Shown here: positions 12,072 to 25,048 of the stretch, in pieces
Layout of the letters: each line of letters starts with the position of its first letter
Position numbering within the stretch: position 1 is the stretch's first letter
Assembly (NCBI GenBank): GCA_000002455.1
Contig: DQ158856.1
Coordinates: 30,001 to 62,000 of the forward strand
Direction: 5' to 3'
Length of the DNA: 32,000 nt
Source of the DNA: Bigelowiella natans nucleomorph
Taxonomy: Eukaryota; Protista; Cercozoa
The notes under the pieces: model-generated
The model's database searches: none
The model's input: only the letters and a program-made list of their open reading frames with translations
What the model was told of the DNA's origin: nothing
Translations under genes and position numbers: made by a program

Positions 12072-14932
12072 TTATTTATTAAATAACAATTTCATAATTA
12101 TACTTTCATTAATCAAATTACTAAAATTAATTTTCTCGCTCATTCCTTTTTTTCTTCTTATTTTTTTCATATAATTATGTGCAATATTATTTTTTTTTAT
12201 GTTATTCTGGTTGGATATGGGATATCCTGGTACAATATACCATCCCTTAAAAAAACCTATAATTAATGACTGGCCCTAACATTATGATTTAGACCTGTGT
12301 ATGATATCTAATATCTGTTTCTAGGCCTATAGTATTTATTGTAGGAATAAGGAATAATATTCTGTAATGTAAAGTTCCTTGAATTGGCATATCATTTAAT
12401 ATTATGGCGCGTCTATTTAGTAGAATGTTGAATATCATTTTGGAACTCTCAAATGGTGTGACTACCTCTATCTCTGAATAAGGCTCTAGTATTCTTGGAG
12501 TAGAAATTAAAATTGAAGAATGACATAATTTTTTCATGCAACTAGATATTTCTTTTTTGAAGATTTGTTGTATTTTTTCAATACTTTTTATTTCTTGAAT
12601 CGCGAAGTTAATGTTTACTACTGGTTCCATACAAATAGGTCCAGTTCTACAAGCCATCAAAAAAGCCTTTTTTATTGTTTATTACTTTTATTAAAGTTGA
12701 TCTAATCTTAAGTATCTGTTTATCATTATATGAAGTTTTATACTCTGATAGTATATTTAAAAAGCCATCATGAACTTGGTAAGACCATAGATTATTACTA
12801 AGATTACTAATTTTGACTCTACTAAAAAGGTTTCAACTTTTCCATAATATATTCTTGAGTATAAAAATGTTTCATTTCATCATTTTGATATGAAAGATAT
12901 TTTTTTGTAATTTCATTTTTTTCTTTAATTAAATTTATTTTTTCTGTCATAATTTCCATGTAAATTCTACTTTTTTGAGCAATTGATATAGACTTAAATT
13001 TAGATGAACATTCAATAGTTTCTTTTAAAGATATAAAAGGGTTTGATACTTTTACTTTTAGTAACGAAAAGAAATCACAAATTTCTTTTATCATTAAATT
13101 TAAAGCAAACTCGCCTATACCTGATATTTGTACAGTGCCAGATTCTTGTACTGACGCTATTGTATTTTTCGAGGTTTTAAGATATTTTTGTATTCCTGAA
13201 AGTAACTTAGTTAAGTCCATACTATATGCTGGTTCGATCGTAATTTTAAGTGGATATCTAATATTCTAATGAATACGTGTTTTTTAATAAATTTTTATCA
13301 ATAAAAGGATTAGATTCATATACTTTACTTTCTTCTGTTATCAAAATGGGAATTTCATTTAAGTTATTGTTTTCTTCTATCACCAAACAGTTTCCTTTTT
13401 TAATAGATTTAATTCTCTTTAATTGAAAACACTGCTTTTAAGTTTTTTTACGTTGATAAGAAAAAAGTGATTTATTTTAAAATTATGAACGATGTTATTG
13501 AAGTTTTTTGCATAAAGAGAATCGTTATTTACAATTTTTCCATTTAATATCCTTCCAAATAATAAAAATTTTTTTCCATAACTGTTTGGAAAAAATTTGA
13601 TTCCTAAGAAAACCTTTTTCTCCATGTATTTATCATAAAAATGGTTTTTAGCTGTATGTGAGAAAATAGAGGATTTTTTCGAGCTTTGTTTACTCATACT
13701 GTTAGTAAAAAGCTGATTTAAATGCTTAGAAGATTCAAAATACTCTGAGAATTTCTCATAAGTGCTCTGAGGATAATCGAAAACTGATTTAAATACGAAT
13801 TTCATAAGGTTTTTGAGAGGAAAATTTAGATTAAGCAATGTATTGCTAAAATTAGTTTTATGTATAAACTTATGATTTAATGAAAAACTTGCATTATTTT
13901 TAGAGGATTTTCTGATAAACAAAATGAATATAATTTGTAAATGGGAATGATCGCGAAGAAGATAATAGGATTGTGTGATCCAGGCTCTTTAGGGTTAGAT
14001 TTCAAAATATTTTTACCAACTATAAAATTTTCAGTATGCCAAATCCATTCTTTTGGGAAAAATAGTTTGAATATTGTTGGATATATAGAATGATAAAGTT
14101 TATTTAGGATTTCGGATGTAAGGAATAATCCAATTTCTGCAGATAAAATACCTATATTGCTTTTACTAAAACTAAAATACTATATAAAAAAAGTGATACA
14201 TCTTGTTTTTTATTTGAATTTTTTATTATTAAGTTCACGTCGAAAATTATTGATTGAATTTTATCGTAAAATGTTGAAGGAGGTAATCTTAGTTCTGATA
14301 TAAGTCTATCTATTTTTGTTATTAGAATAAATATTTTTTTTTTAGTATATAGACAGGAATTTATAATTTTCTTAGTCTGTAAAGTAACTCCTTCAATAGA
14401 ATCAATAGTAATGATGACTCCATCAGAAATACATAAAGCTAAATTAAAATCTTGAAAAAGATTAGAGTGTCCTGGTGTATCTAAAAAATAGTATGTATTA
14501 TATTTATTATTTTTTCTAATACTTTTTAGAAGGGGTGTCATAATAATCGTAGTTTTCATAATGTCTTCATCAGTTCGCATATGTTTGTAAATAGAATCTT
14601 TTAAATATGGTGAATTGAAACTAATTATGGAAGTAAGGAAAGAGCTTTTACCACTATTAATACTCCCTGCGACGCTGATAGTTCTAATTTGTCTTTCGTT
14701 ATCGATCATTTTGTAGATAAAAAACTCATCTATTGAGCTAAATAAGCTGAATAAAAATTTTCTGTATAGTTCTGATTTTTTTTTTCTATTCTCTCTTGTT
14801 ATGTTTGAATCTTCTTCTTGAAAAGAAAAGTTTCTAAATTTTTTTTCATATATATTATGGAACTTTTGCTCAGACACATGCTATTTTAAAGAGTGTTACA
14901 TTTAAAGTACCTGTATTAGTATATTCTTTCAT
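12072..14932 (-). CDS. snu114: U5 snRNP 116-kDa GTPase Snu114/EFTUD2
   Basis: G-domain motifs GSINSGKS, LDTPGH and KIDRLISELRLPP. EF2-like C-terminus ILEPY...ETDIRYHTQ|GQ...WYIVPG...IRRKKGMSE. First intron at 14881-14899 and last at 12276-12294 (both 19 nt); several internal introns were not all mapped. Confidence 0.92.
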
Positions 14933-14979
14933 TTGATAATTTAAAATACATACAATCATTATTGATTATGAAATAGTCA

Positions 14980-17564
14980 ATGAATAGGACTATTCAAGAG
15001 AACCAAAAGTTAAATAAAAAAATTGTAATATCTAACTATGACTTAAAAAAACTCATGATAAAGGACAAATTTTTATTTAAATTATCACTAAATAAATTAA
15101 TAATCTCTTCCTTGGAAGATTTTAAGATTAAGTTGACTTTTATACTCGTAATAATTTATCTAATAGAAATTTTCGATTATAGAAGAATATATTACATCAT
15201 CAACGTCATCGATACTAGGAATTAAGACAAATAAAGGTTATATTTTTATCGTTAATATTAAGACAAGCAAAATTCTAATGAAATTTAAAGTAATCAATAA
15301 AAATATAGAAAAATACATCAGATAAATGTTTTTTTAATTTTAGCAAATTTGGAAATATGCTTTTATTAAAAAATAATGCTTCTTCATTGTGTTTAATTTA
15401 TATTTATTCCTGTAAGAAAAACATTATTAAGTTTAATTTAAAGTTCAATTTTATTTTAATAGATATCCTATTGCCAAGGCTGGTTTTTCGAAACTAGAAA
15501 AATATATTTATGTTTCAACGCTAAATAAAATATTTTTGATATTAGATATGAGAACATTTTCTATATTATCTATTATTAAGGTTATGGAATCTTTTATAGC
15601 ATTTTAGAGAGACTATTTTTGAAGTACTTTGGTCACCAAATGATTATTTTATCAATTTTTTAGTTTTACCAAACAAGCTTTATATCTATAATATGACACA
15701 TAAAAAAGTCATGAAAAGGCTGAATATTGGTAAAAATTTTAAACGTAAACTAAAAAATTAAAGATATGATTTATTACATGGCCAGTCAAAGTTTTAATCA
15801 AAACTATAATACAAAAGTTCTTTTCGTAGATAACAAATTTAATATAATTCGTACTTGTGTGAATGAAAAAAAATTACTCAACAAAAAATTTCAAGACAAA
15901 ACGAGTATTATTGATAAAACTAGGCTTAAATTATTTTAACAAGTACTGTAAATATTATTTCTTTAATTCAGTATTTTTTGTTCGATCATCTTCCTCCTTA
16001 ATAAAAATTTATAAATTCAAAGTAAGATGGCAAAATTTAGAAAAAACAAAAAAGTGATTTATTCATTATTAATATACAAAACTTAAATTCATCGAATTTA
16101 TATGACAAAATACAGTTTAAACTTGCTAAATACTACGTACACATGGTAAAGAAGATAAATTCTCACCATAAGACTTTTTCCATAAATCTTTCATTAAATG
16201 ATTATAAATGTTCTTGTTATACTAATCAAATAGCTACTTTTTCTGATATAATTATTATGGACAAGCTAAAGTTTTGTATTTTTTCAAGTATTTATAGTAA
16301 GATTAGAAATCAAAAAAACAGTATTTTTAATCAGTAGCTTGTCTGGTTTTTCTTCAATGCTAAGATGCAACTCTTATGTTGGAAAAATCAATAATAAATA
16401 TTATTTAAAGTTAAACAAATATCAAAAGACCATTGAATTTTATAATTTTTTTATCTGATCAATTTTTAGTTTTAGTTGATTTAAAAAAAATTAGTTTCGT
16501 TTTAAATTTCTATGATGCTAATTTTATAGACTTTTCTATTTCGAAATTAGTAAAATTACCTTCATTCGTAAATTTAAAGTTCAGGAATGATTTTAATTAT
16601 TGTTTAATTCTAGCAAAGGTAAACTTTTTTACTTTAGTCAAATATTTTATACATTTATAACTTAACAAATTTAAAAAAAGCTTTAAAAATAGCTATTAAT
16701 CATAAGCAACGTACTGAGTTTTATTTTTTTAATCAAAATAATAAAATATTACTATTATTGGATAACATGAATTATTATATTCTTGATTATAAATTAAATT
16801 CTTTGAGAAAATTTTCGATAAAAACTGAAATTCCACTTGAACGCATTAGTTTTTCGATTGACGATAAATTTTCAATAATGCAATTCGAGGGTAAGAAAAT
16901 ATTAATAACTATTTACAATCTACTGAAATAATCTACACTCTTTCAAAAAATAAAGTATATTAAAGTTATATAGTTTATCAAATTCCTAGTTATCGAATCT
17001 CAAGACTTTTTACAGTGGTGTTGATACGTAGATCAAATTTCACAATAAAAAAGATTAGAATTGGAAAAGGGAAAATATTTTGTCAAAAAAATAAATGATG
17101 TGAATACTTCGACTAATCATAATATTCTCATACGATCATTAATAAAACTTATAGAAATCAGGTAAAAAGGTTTGAATTTAGAATTAAAAATAATACTTTT
17201 TGGCAGTTATTAAAAATAATCAATTTTGTTATTGAAAATTCTAAAAATATGCAAAAAATTATTGATTATATTTTATCTAAACTAAATAAAAATAAAATAC
17301 TTAGAATAATTATGTTTTTTCTTTTGTTTTTCTCAAAAAAGTATTATTTTTATGAGATAAAAATCATTCTTTTTTCAATAATGAAACATAGAGCTACCAA
17401 AAAGTATTATAATAATCAATAGACTTTTATTGAAATCGGTAAGAATCCGTTACCTCTTTTATCTATTGGTGGAAAATTTTAATAAATTTTATAAGAAGAC
17501 ATTTAACTTGACTATTAGATCTTATACAGATACAGTGCTACCTAGTTACTATCAAAGAAAGTAA
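14980..17564 (+). CDS. Divergent WD40-repeat protein, possibly an SSU processome factor (UTP13/PWP2-like)
   Basis: About 2.6 kb of plus-strand ORF fragments separated by tiny-intron-like GT..AG segments. Beta-propeller-like periodicity (e.g. AGFSKLEKYIYVSTLNKIFLILDM; ISFSIDDKFSIM). The family call is weak. Confidence 0.35.
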
Positions 17565-17583
17565 GTATATAAAATATAACTAC

Positions 17584-17976
17584 ATGGGCAACAGTAAAGG
17601 AAAAAGAAGAAAAACAAGACAATTATTAAAACAGAGAATACCAGTAATTAATAATTATCAAAATAACTTTTTGATGAAATATTTAAAAAACAATGACAAA
17701 GTTAATATCGTACTATCTCCTTCAACAAAAAAAGTATTTTTAATTATAGTAGGGCATTCCGAGTAAATCATATTTTGTAAAACTGGTATATTTTTAACAA
17801 ATTTGAATAAGGTATCTTGCGTACTAATTAAAAAACAAACAGAAAATCGTGTAATTAATAAGAAATTATTCTTGAATAAGAAGCATTTTGACATAGAAAA
17901 AAAAATGGATAATTCTTACAGTAGTGAAAGAATGCTGATGTCAGACCACTTTATACTACGATCAAGCTGTATTTAA
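17584..17976 (+). CDS. rpl21: 60S ribosomal protein L21 (eL21), with an apparent 1-nt frameshift
   Basis: MGNSKGKRRKTR...DKVNI...KK|GIPSKSY after the 19-nt intron 17734-17752. The conserved KTG...KKQTENRVINKK...KH continues in a different frame from 17779. Confidence 0.85.
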
Positions 17977-18007
17977 TTAATTTTAGTAATTATTACTTAT
18001 TTTTTTA

Positions 18008-18530
18008 TTAAATGGATCTGTTATTGAGCATATTTCTGAAAAGTGGTAATTTTAAGGACATTGATTTATATTGAAGTATTGACATTTTTTTAATTTCATC
18101 GGTTGAAAGTATTTTGGTCTTTATAATTATTATATGTTTTTTATTAATTTTGTATCTGGAACTAAACAAATTTAAAGCCTAAACAATTTCTTTTACTTGA
18201 TCATAACATTCATTTAAACTAGTACAATTTAACTCGATATAGGATGAGTTGTAAAAGTACTTATTCCGATAAATTAACCACACACCTATTACCTTAGGTG
18301 ATGTATGGACTAATGAGGATATTACTTGTGATGACATTATTTTAAAATCTTTTTGTTTAAAGAATATTTTTACAATATTCCTAAAAATAAGAATATTACT
18401 TTATTTTACTAGAAATATCTACTCCTGAATATCCTAAGACATTAATTCGAAAAATATTATCTTGATTTTTAACTTTTATCATTACCGAGTGCAACAATAG
18501 TTTATTAATTCTTGATTTGATAGTTTTCAT
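18008..18530 (-). CDS. rpl18A: 60S ribosomal protein L18a (eL20); absent from the ORF track
   Basis: IFRINV...PKVIGVWLIY...YIEL...YDQ|ALNLFSSRYK...ILQYKSMSLKLPLFR aligns to eL20 (GIWLRY, YREY, KFPLPHR). Introns at 18381-18399 (19 nt) and 18179-18196 (18 nt). Confidence 0.8.
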
Positions 18531-18576
18531 AAAATAATGAGAGTTTATTAATGTAGCGCACATAAGTAATTTAATT

Positions 18577-18649
18577 GGGGTTGTAGCTCAGCTGGTAGAG
18601 CGTTAGACTGAAGATCTAAAGGTCATTAGTTCAAAACTAATCGATCCCA
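18577..18649 (+). tRNA. trnF: tRNA-Phe(GAA)
   Basis: Acceptor stem GGGGTTG/CGATCCC, anticodon arm TTAGA-CTGAAGA-TCTAA, T-arm ATTAG-TTCAAAA-CTAAT. Confidence 0.95.
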
Positions 18650-18680
18650 TTTTGTGACAAAAACTATTATATTATCATAA

Positions 18681-19073
18681 ATGGTTCGAGTGAGTTCCTT
18701 ATCTGATGCTTTTAAAAGCATAATGGTAGCTGAACGTGCAGGTAAAAAACAAGTATTGATAAGACCTGTTTCTAAACTTATAATAAAAGTACTTTCAATT
18801 ATGCTTAAATATAACTATATTAACAGTTTTCAATTTATAGATGATCATAGAGCAGGTAAAATAGTGATCAATTTAAATGGAAGAATAAATAAATGTGGAG
18901 CTATTTCTCCTCGTTTTAACTTACGAAAACATAATTTAAATCTATTTGTTGATAAAATTCTTCCTTCAAGATTATTTGGTAAAGTATTATTGTCTACCTC
19001 GAAAGGAATTATGGACCATACGCATGCTGTCAACAAAAACACAGGTGGTAAAATTCTAGGTTTTTTTTATTAA
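18681..19073 (+). CDS. rps15A: 40S ribosomal protein S15a (uS8), intronless
   Basis: 130 aa: [27 protein letters not shown]...[26 protein letters not shown]...LPSRLFG...GGKILGFFY. Confidence 0.98.
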   Translation: MVRVSSLSDAFKSIMVAERAGKKQVLIRPVSKLIIKVLSIMLKYNYINSFQFIDDHRAGKIVINLNGRINKCGAISPRFNLRKHNLNLFVDKILPSRLFGKVLLSTSKGIMDHTHAVNKNTGGKILGFFY

Positions 19074-19108
19074 AAGTTGTATAAAAGGCAGTGTAGTGTT
19101 AAATATTA

Positions 19109-21135
19109 ATGTACTTTAACGAAGTACGAATGTATAGATTTCTTTATTTCTTGTATTTTTTATCTTCGTTTAAACCAAGAGTAAAATAATTAATTTAGAT
19201 AACTGATTTTCAAAGAAACATGTACTTATTATATGTTGGATTAATTGATGTTCTTCCGATAAATTTAAAAATTCTTTACATTTTTGATGATAGGTTATAT
19301 CATGATATAATTGAGAATTATTCATACATTCAATCACGTATTAAGAAATCAATAATGCAATTTATTATTTATTTATTACCTGGAGATACGGAAAAACTCT
19401 ATCATCGACTTAAAAGTACTACAATTGGATTTTTTAATATGTTTTCGATTGAAAAAATTTCATCAGTAAATCTTATGAATTTTAATAAGTTAATATCATT
19501 CACTGGAGTATTGATAAACAAATCGGATCTTTTTATTTATTGTAAAAAATTGAATATGTGTTGTCTGGCATGTAAAAATGAGTTTTTGTATGAAACCGAT
19601 TTAAGTTATAATAGAATCAGTTATACCTGTCAGAATAATAGATGCAAAAAAAAGTTTGATGCTAATAACAGAAATAAATTTGATATATTTATAAAAAAGG
19701 AGGACATAAATGATATCTTTTTTGGAAAAATATTTGTCAACGAATCGGTGGTAAAAATTATATAAATAGAACGATCCATTACTTTTTTCTTATATTAAAT
19801 GTATATTTCTATCAAAACAATTTCTAATAATAAATATGAATCAGACTTATACCTTTATTGGAAATATTTTACCTAGATTGGATTGTGTAAAAAGTAATAA
19901 AAATAAGATAGATTTAAATAAAGTTACAAATGAAATGGAATTTAGAAACAATAATTTAAAGAAAATTTCCTTTTATTTCAAGATATGCAACACTCAGGTA
20001 TTATTCATTAATAAGTAGAATTTAATGGTTGTTGATGAATTTCACACTACCCTAAAACAATTTCTCCAAAAATCAAGAAAATGCTTTTTATTTTTTAATA
20101 ATAATTCAAATTTTAGAATAAATTTTATTTATTATATTTTTAATAGCAGATCTTTTTTAAGAGAAGTCTCTTATACTGTTAGAAAAATAATATTGTTAAA
20201 TTTAATAATGGGTTTTACTCGAACTTTTCAGAATGTAAAAAACGAATTAATAGAATAAATCCACTATTAATAAATTTTTACTTTTGATAACTGGCCAGAA
20301 TACCATACAAAAAGCACAAATTCTCAAAGGTATCTCTCATTCAATAAAAAATTCTCATTTTATTGATTGGAATTTAAGAAATTCGTTTGATAAAGTTTGT
20401 ATGCTTAAAAATGTTTAATTTATTATGTTAGAATGATTTATTGATCCATAAATTTAAATTCATGAGGGTTAACAATATATCTAATTTCAATTCAATAATA
20501 TTAGTTAGCAGATTTAATTTGTATTCTATTATAAATGTATCTAAAATAGTTGAAATTTTTGAATATCCCGTCTTATTAGAAGAATACCTAACCAATAACT
20601 ATATTAGTTGGTCTAAAGGTCTTATTGTAACAACTAAACATAATATCACAACGTCACATATTTTCAATATGGACAAGAATAATAATACTTTGTTATTTTA
20701 TTTTTTTCTAAAGTATGAAAGAAAAATTTAGATTCACTTTTGTTCTATCCTTAAGTCAAAAATTCCGTGATCTCAGAACTATCTATAAAACGTATAACGA
20801 TGAAACCTTCTCTAATCATTCTAATAAATTCAATTTTATTGCTATTCAGAACTTTCTTCATTTAGCATCTAACCATAAACCCACCTTTTCTAGAAAGGTA
20901 GTATTGTTTTTTATAGGCTAAAATTGAACTAATTACCTCATTTAAAAAAGAAAGACTACTTTTGGGAAAATATAATTTAAACTACGTAACAAAACTAGGA
21001 TATTTATCTTTAAAATCTCTTAATAATATTATTGATCTCTCAATTGCTATTAGTCAAGGATGCTTTAGAAAGAGAGTGTTAGCATGTCATGTCATAGAAG
21101 TTTACTTTGATATAATAGGCGTTAAAATTACATAG
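19109..21135 (+). CDS. Highly divergent MCM-family subunit (MCM6-like zinc finger spacing)
   Basis: NKLISFTGVLINKS followed by CLAC-x-CQNNRC, the MCM N-terminal zinc finger. The C-terminus IAISQGCFRKRVLACHVIEV resembles the MCM lid helices. First intron at 19181-19198 (18 nt); internal junctions only partly resolved. Confidence 0.6.
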
Positions 21136-21623
21136 TGAAAATTTTCTTTTTTATAATATTACGATTCATAGAAAAAAATTTAGAAGAGTAAAAAATGACA
21201 TGATACATAATAAAATAACAAACCATTCCAATAATTACAAAATTATTTGTACGCATACAAAATATTTATCTAGAATTATCTCTTTTTTTGGCCATTGGGT
21301 AAAAAAACATTAATAAGGAAATAAAGTACCTAAGACTTTGTTTAAATTCTATTAATTCAAAATTTAGAGATTTTAAATCATATGAGTACCAACATGTGGA
21401 TTGTACCTCGAGCTTTTTAGAAAGAACCACTAATATACGTCATAAAATTTCTTTAAACTATTTATCTTTATATTATTTAAACTATTTATCTGAATGCTAA
21501 TTATATATATATATATTAATTTTAAGAAAAGTTTTTATAAAGTTAAACCATAGTATGGTTATTTAAACTTAGGATAGCAATATTAATAAGATCTTGGAAT
21601 TATTTTTATTAATCTTTCCAAGT

Positions 21624-23689
21624 TTAACACTTGTTGATTGATCCATTTTTTAAATAAATTAGATAGGACAAAAAATAAATTCTAGTACAACCGATTATTA
21701 TTAATATATAGAAATATATTAATTCAGGACTAAAAAAGTTTCGAACTTTTTCATAGATATTAAACTTACAAAAAATAATGGAAAAAATTAAAAGTGATGA
21801 CAAAAAAAAATATAATTTGAATTTAAAAAATTTCAAATTTAAAAAGTTTTTCTTACCTTTTCTTCTAGATCTTGTTTTGTCTAAGAACATTATTAATCAA
21901 TTATTAGTTTATTTAATCTATCCGAATTAAATATCTAGCTAGGTCTAGATGGCAAGTTAAAAAGTTATTTATTGTATCTAGTTTTTCTATTTTGTTATTT
22001 TTTATTATTGTTATTATGAAGTTAAGCCAATTGGATTGGTTTTGTTCTCTATTTAAAATTAGGTTACTAGTATCAAGCAAACGGAGCAAGGTATAATTTT
22101 GAAACTGTGTTTGGTTGATTTTTTCCGTTTTAAAATCTTTTAATATAAACTATCACTTTACAGAGTCTTCCAAGTTTTTTCTTATCATTAATTATAAAGA
22201 TTTTAACTTTATAAATCCAACAAAGTGTTTTTATTGCAATTTTATATTGCTTCTTATTACAATTTTTGGCTAAAATACACGCATACCCATATCCCTATGA
22301 ATTAATAAAATACTCTTATTATAAATTTTATAGTTTCTTTAATGCCTTTTACTATTAAGTTTTTTTTCGTAGCCTCTTTTATTAAAATTTTTAAGAATTT
22401 TTCTATTATCATTAGTTTCTTCAAATCTGTCATAAGCTAGCAATGTATCCTTCTATTAAATTAAAAAGTACATTAATCATTTTTAAGATTTTTTCTGATA
22501 TAAAGTTAACTTGATAGCTTTCAAAGTACTTAAATTGGTATATTTTAAAGTATAATCTCACAAAATATATTCTATATTTAAACATTTTAGTCATACTTCT
22601 TGAAAATAGCTTAATGAAAAAGTTATAATTTAAAAGCCAATCATTTTCAAATAGAAAGAAAGAATGAGTAAAAAAATGTATAATTAAAAAAGCAATTCGG
22701 TGAGAAAGAATCTTTTTCTTTAATAGAATGAAAGAATGTGAGATAATAGAATTATTAACTAACCAATATTTAAAAAATCTTTGTAAAATAATTATACTCG
22801 AAATAATCTTTATAGTTAATGTCTTTTAGGCCAATCTGATGATTTAAAATTAAACTTTATTTTTCTTGTGTGTAGAATAACTGAAATGTTTTTTTATTTT
22901 AAATTTGTAATTTAGAAAAGTGACATTAGTATTATAAAAAATTCTATGCTCTAAAAAAGAGTAAGGATTTAAATATAATTTTTGACTGATCAATTGACTA
23001 ATTATCATGTTAGTTTTTATTATTATATCTTTTAAAAACTTTATATAAAGATGACTAATTTTAGAAAGCAATGATGAGTTATTAAACAATAATGTGACTT
23101 TGTTAAAAGCACTAAAAATATCTTTTATATCTATAATTTTATTTTTCTTGGAAATTTTTAGGAAGTTCTTATCTGCTATTTTACTAAATGATAGGTTATT
23201 TACATAAAATCTATTTTAAAACTAGTACTCTTTTATATTTTTGAAGAAAAATTTTTTTTTATTAGTAGTTTTTTCTTTTTTATTCAATAAGAATTTATAT
23301 TTACCAAAAGTTCTTCGTACATAGATATTATTAATATTTAAAAGATTTTCATTATTCTTTAATAAAAAAATTCTATTTAAAACAATATTTTTTGCTATTG
23401 ATTTCTTATTTTGAATAATTTCTCTAAACTTTTTGATATTTTTTTTGTGAAGATAAATGTTGTTTGGCAAATTATTAGTATACTTTTTATTAGCGATAAA
23501 AAAAGCATCGTCATTTGCACTAGAAGCTTTTGGTATTAATAATTTGAAAAAGTTTTTTCGTATTCTATTAGGAATTTTTTGTTTTTTTAATATTTTTTCT
23601 ATGAAATTTAGTCCTCTTGTACTATTTTTGTATTTTATATGTCTATTACGCGCTTTAATATTTATACTTTTGTTGCGTATGACAGTCAT
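21624..23689 (-). CDS. Hypothetical protein(s), multi-exon
   Basis: Minus-strand ORFs 23222-23689, 22850-23089 and 21624-21890, plus internal open stretches joined by tiny introns (e.g. GTATTTTATTAATTCATAG before GYGYACILAKN). May be more than one gene. Confidence 0.4.
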
Positions 23690-23735
23690 TTATTATAGAT
23701 TAATTGTTTTGTTAAACTACTTATATAATTAGTAA

Positions 23736-24121
23736 ATGGGTAAATCATTTTTAAAACACAATTCTAAAAGCTTAATCAGAATAAAGGTACTTTAAAAATA
23801 ATCAGAAAAAATGGAGAAAACCGATAGGAATAGATTCTAAAATTAGAAAAAGAACCAAAGGTGCGCCTAAAACTCCAAAAATAGGATACGGATCATCTAA
23901 AAGAATAAAGTCTTTAAGTACTAACTTACTAAATAGATGCTACAGGATTGAAAACAATTCATGTTTTTAATTTAAATGATATAAAATCTTCAATCATATT
24001 GAAGAGGAGTTATTCTTACTGTTTGTCAAAAAATATTTCTTTAAAAAACAAAAAACTAATAAGATATTTTTCTAATCAAGTTTATCAAAAATAATAGTTT
24101 AATTTGAAAATATTAAATTAA
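23736..24121 (+). CDS. rpl32: 60S ribosomal protein L32 (eL32); absent from the ORF track
   Basis: FLKHNS...IK|KKWRKPIGIDSKIRKRTKG..PKIGYGS...VFNLND...NQ|FNLKILN. Introns at 23787-23805, 23918-23936 and 24080-24097. Confidence 0.93.
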
Positions 24122-24202
24122 TTTATCAAGTTACTTTGTAATAATTTTTAAATTATTCTGAAGATTAATTTAATTTTTCATTCTAGTATCTAAATAATTA
24201 AT

Positions 24203-25048
24203 ATGAAGCTTAGTTTAAATCAAATTTGTAAAAATTCTTACTACACAAATTATAATAGTGTAGCTAATGTTTGTCAAGCTATTAGTAAATTATTAAACAG
24301 TGTTAGAAAAAACCGTTACCTACTTTTGAGAGTAAAGAAATTCAAACTTTATAGGTAATTTATTATTAAAAGGCTATTAAAAATAATTTATAGCGTTAAA
24401 AAGAAATACTTGTCAATTTTTTCTTTTTTCAAACAATGGCATATTGCTATTTTTAACTTAACTTACGGAATTTTAAAGAATAAATTTCAATGTACTTCAA
24501 CGAGTATCCATAAGCATTCTTTTATATTCAAAAAGAAGAAGCTAATTAGTAATGTTATTTAAATTAGAATTTATGTCACAATTATCTTACGATCTTCGTT
24601 TTTCTATTGGTATATTATATGAAATAAAATACTGGTATAAAAAGATTGTACTAATGCTTTTTCCAACGACAATTCAAGTATTAGGTCTCAGAAATTTTAC
24701 AAAGCTTATTGAGTTATTTAAGACACTAAATCGCTTATTACATTATTTAAGAAAAGTTTGATATTTAGTTTAAAGGGAAAAATTCCTTACAGAGTATTAG
24801 AGAAAAAAACTGCTTTAATAATGGAGAATATATTAAATAAATACTATCATCTGAATTCAGTACAAGAATATTCAAATTTTAAATTACTGAAATTTTTTAG
24901 ATCAAAAATAATAATCTTCTTAAGGATTGATTATTATTCTAAAGTAATAATTTTGAAAAAGAATGTTCGAAAAATAGATTTTAATTCAATAAAAAAGATT
25001 TTTAGGCCAAGAATTGTGTCTCTTTTTTCTAAAAAAAATAGCTTTTAG
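24203..25048 (+). CDS. Hypothetical protein, weakly PCI-domain-like
   Basis: Continuous plus-strand frame after removing tiny introns. The segments LRFSIGILYEI, LRK|GKIPYRV and KIDFNSIKKIF loosely resemble PCID2/RPN3-type PCI proteins. Confidence 0.35.

Noticed and set aside
19079-19100. Minus-strand TGCCTTTTAT and plus-strand GTGTAGT resembling U5 and U2 motifs
   Set aside because: No flanking stems, and only ~35 nt is available between rps15A and the MCM-like gene.
21140-21443. Minus-strand TQWPKKEII followed by a hydrophobic stretch, resembling SecE
   Set aside because: The pieces are in different frames and cannot be joined by 18-21-nt GT-AG introns.
21501-21517. (TA)n microsatellite and assorted poly-A/T runs
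   Set aside because: Expected at this AT content. No array, CRISPR or terminal-repeat structure.
22310-22400. TGCCTTTTACTA (U5 snRNA loop-I-like) in a short TTAAT/ATTAA stem, with ATACTCT upstream
   Set aside because: No extended U5 stem can form. It is the antisense of an open minus-strand exon (LIVKGIKE), and ATACTCT is the complement of an exon-intron junction.
23918-23936. TACTAAC branch-point consensus in rpl32 intron 2
   Set aside because: It overlaps the 5' GT, which would put the branch A at nt 7, and it is not repeated in the other introns. Likely chance.
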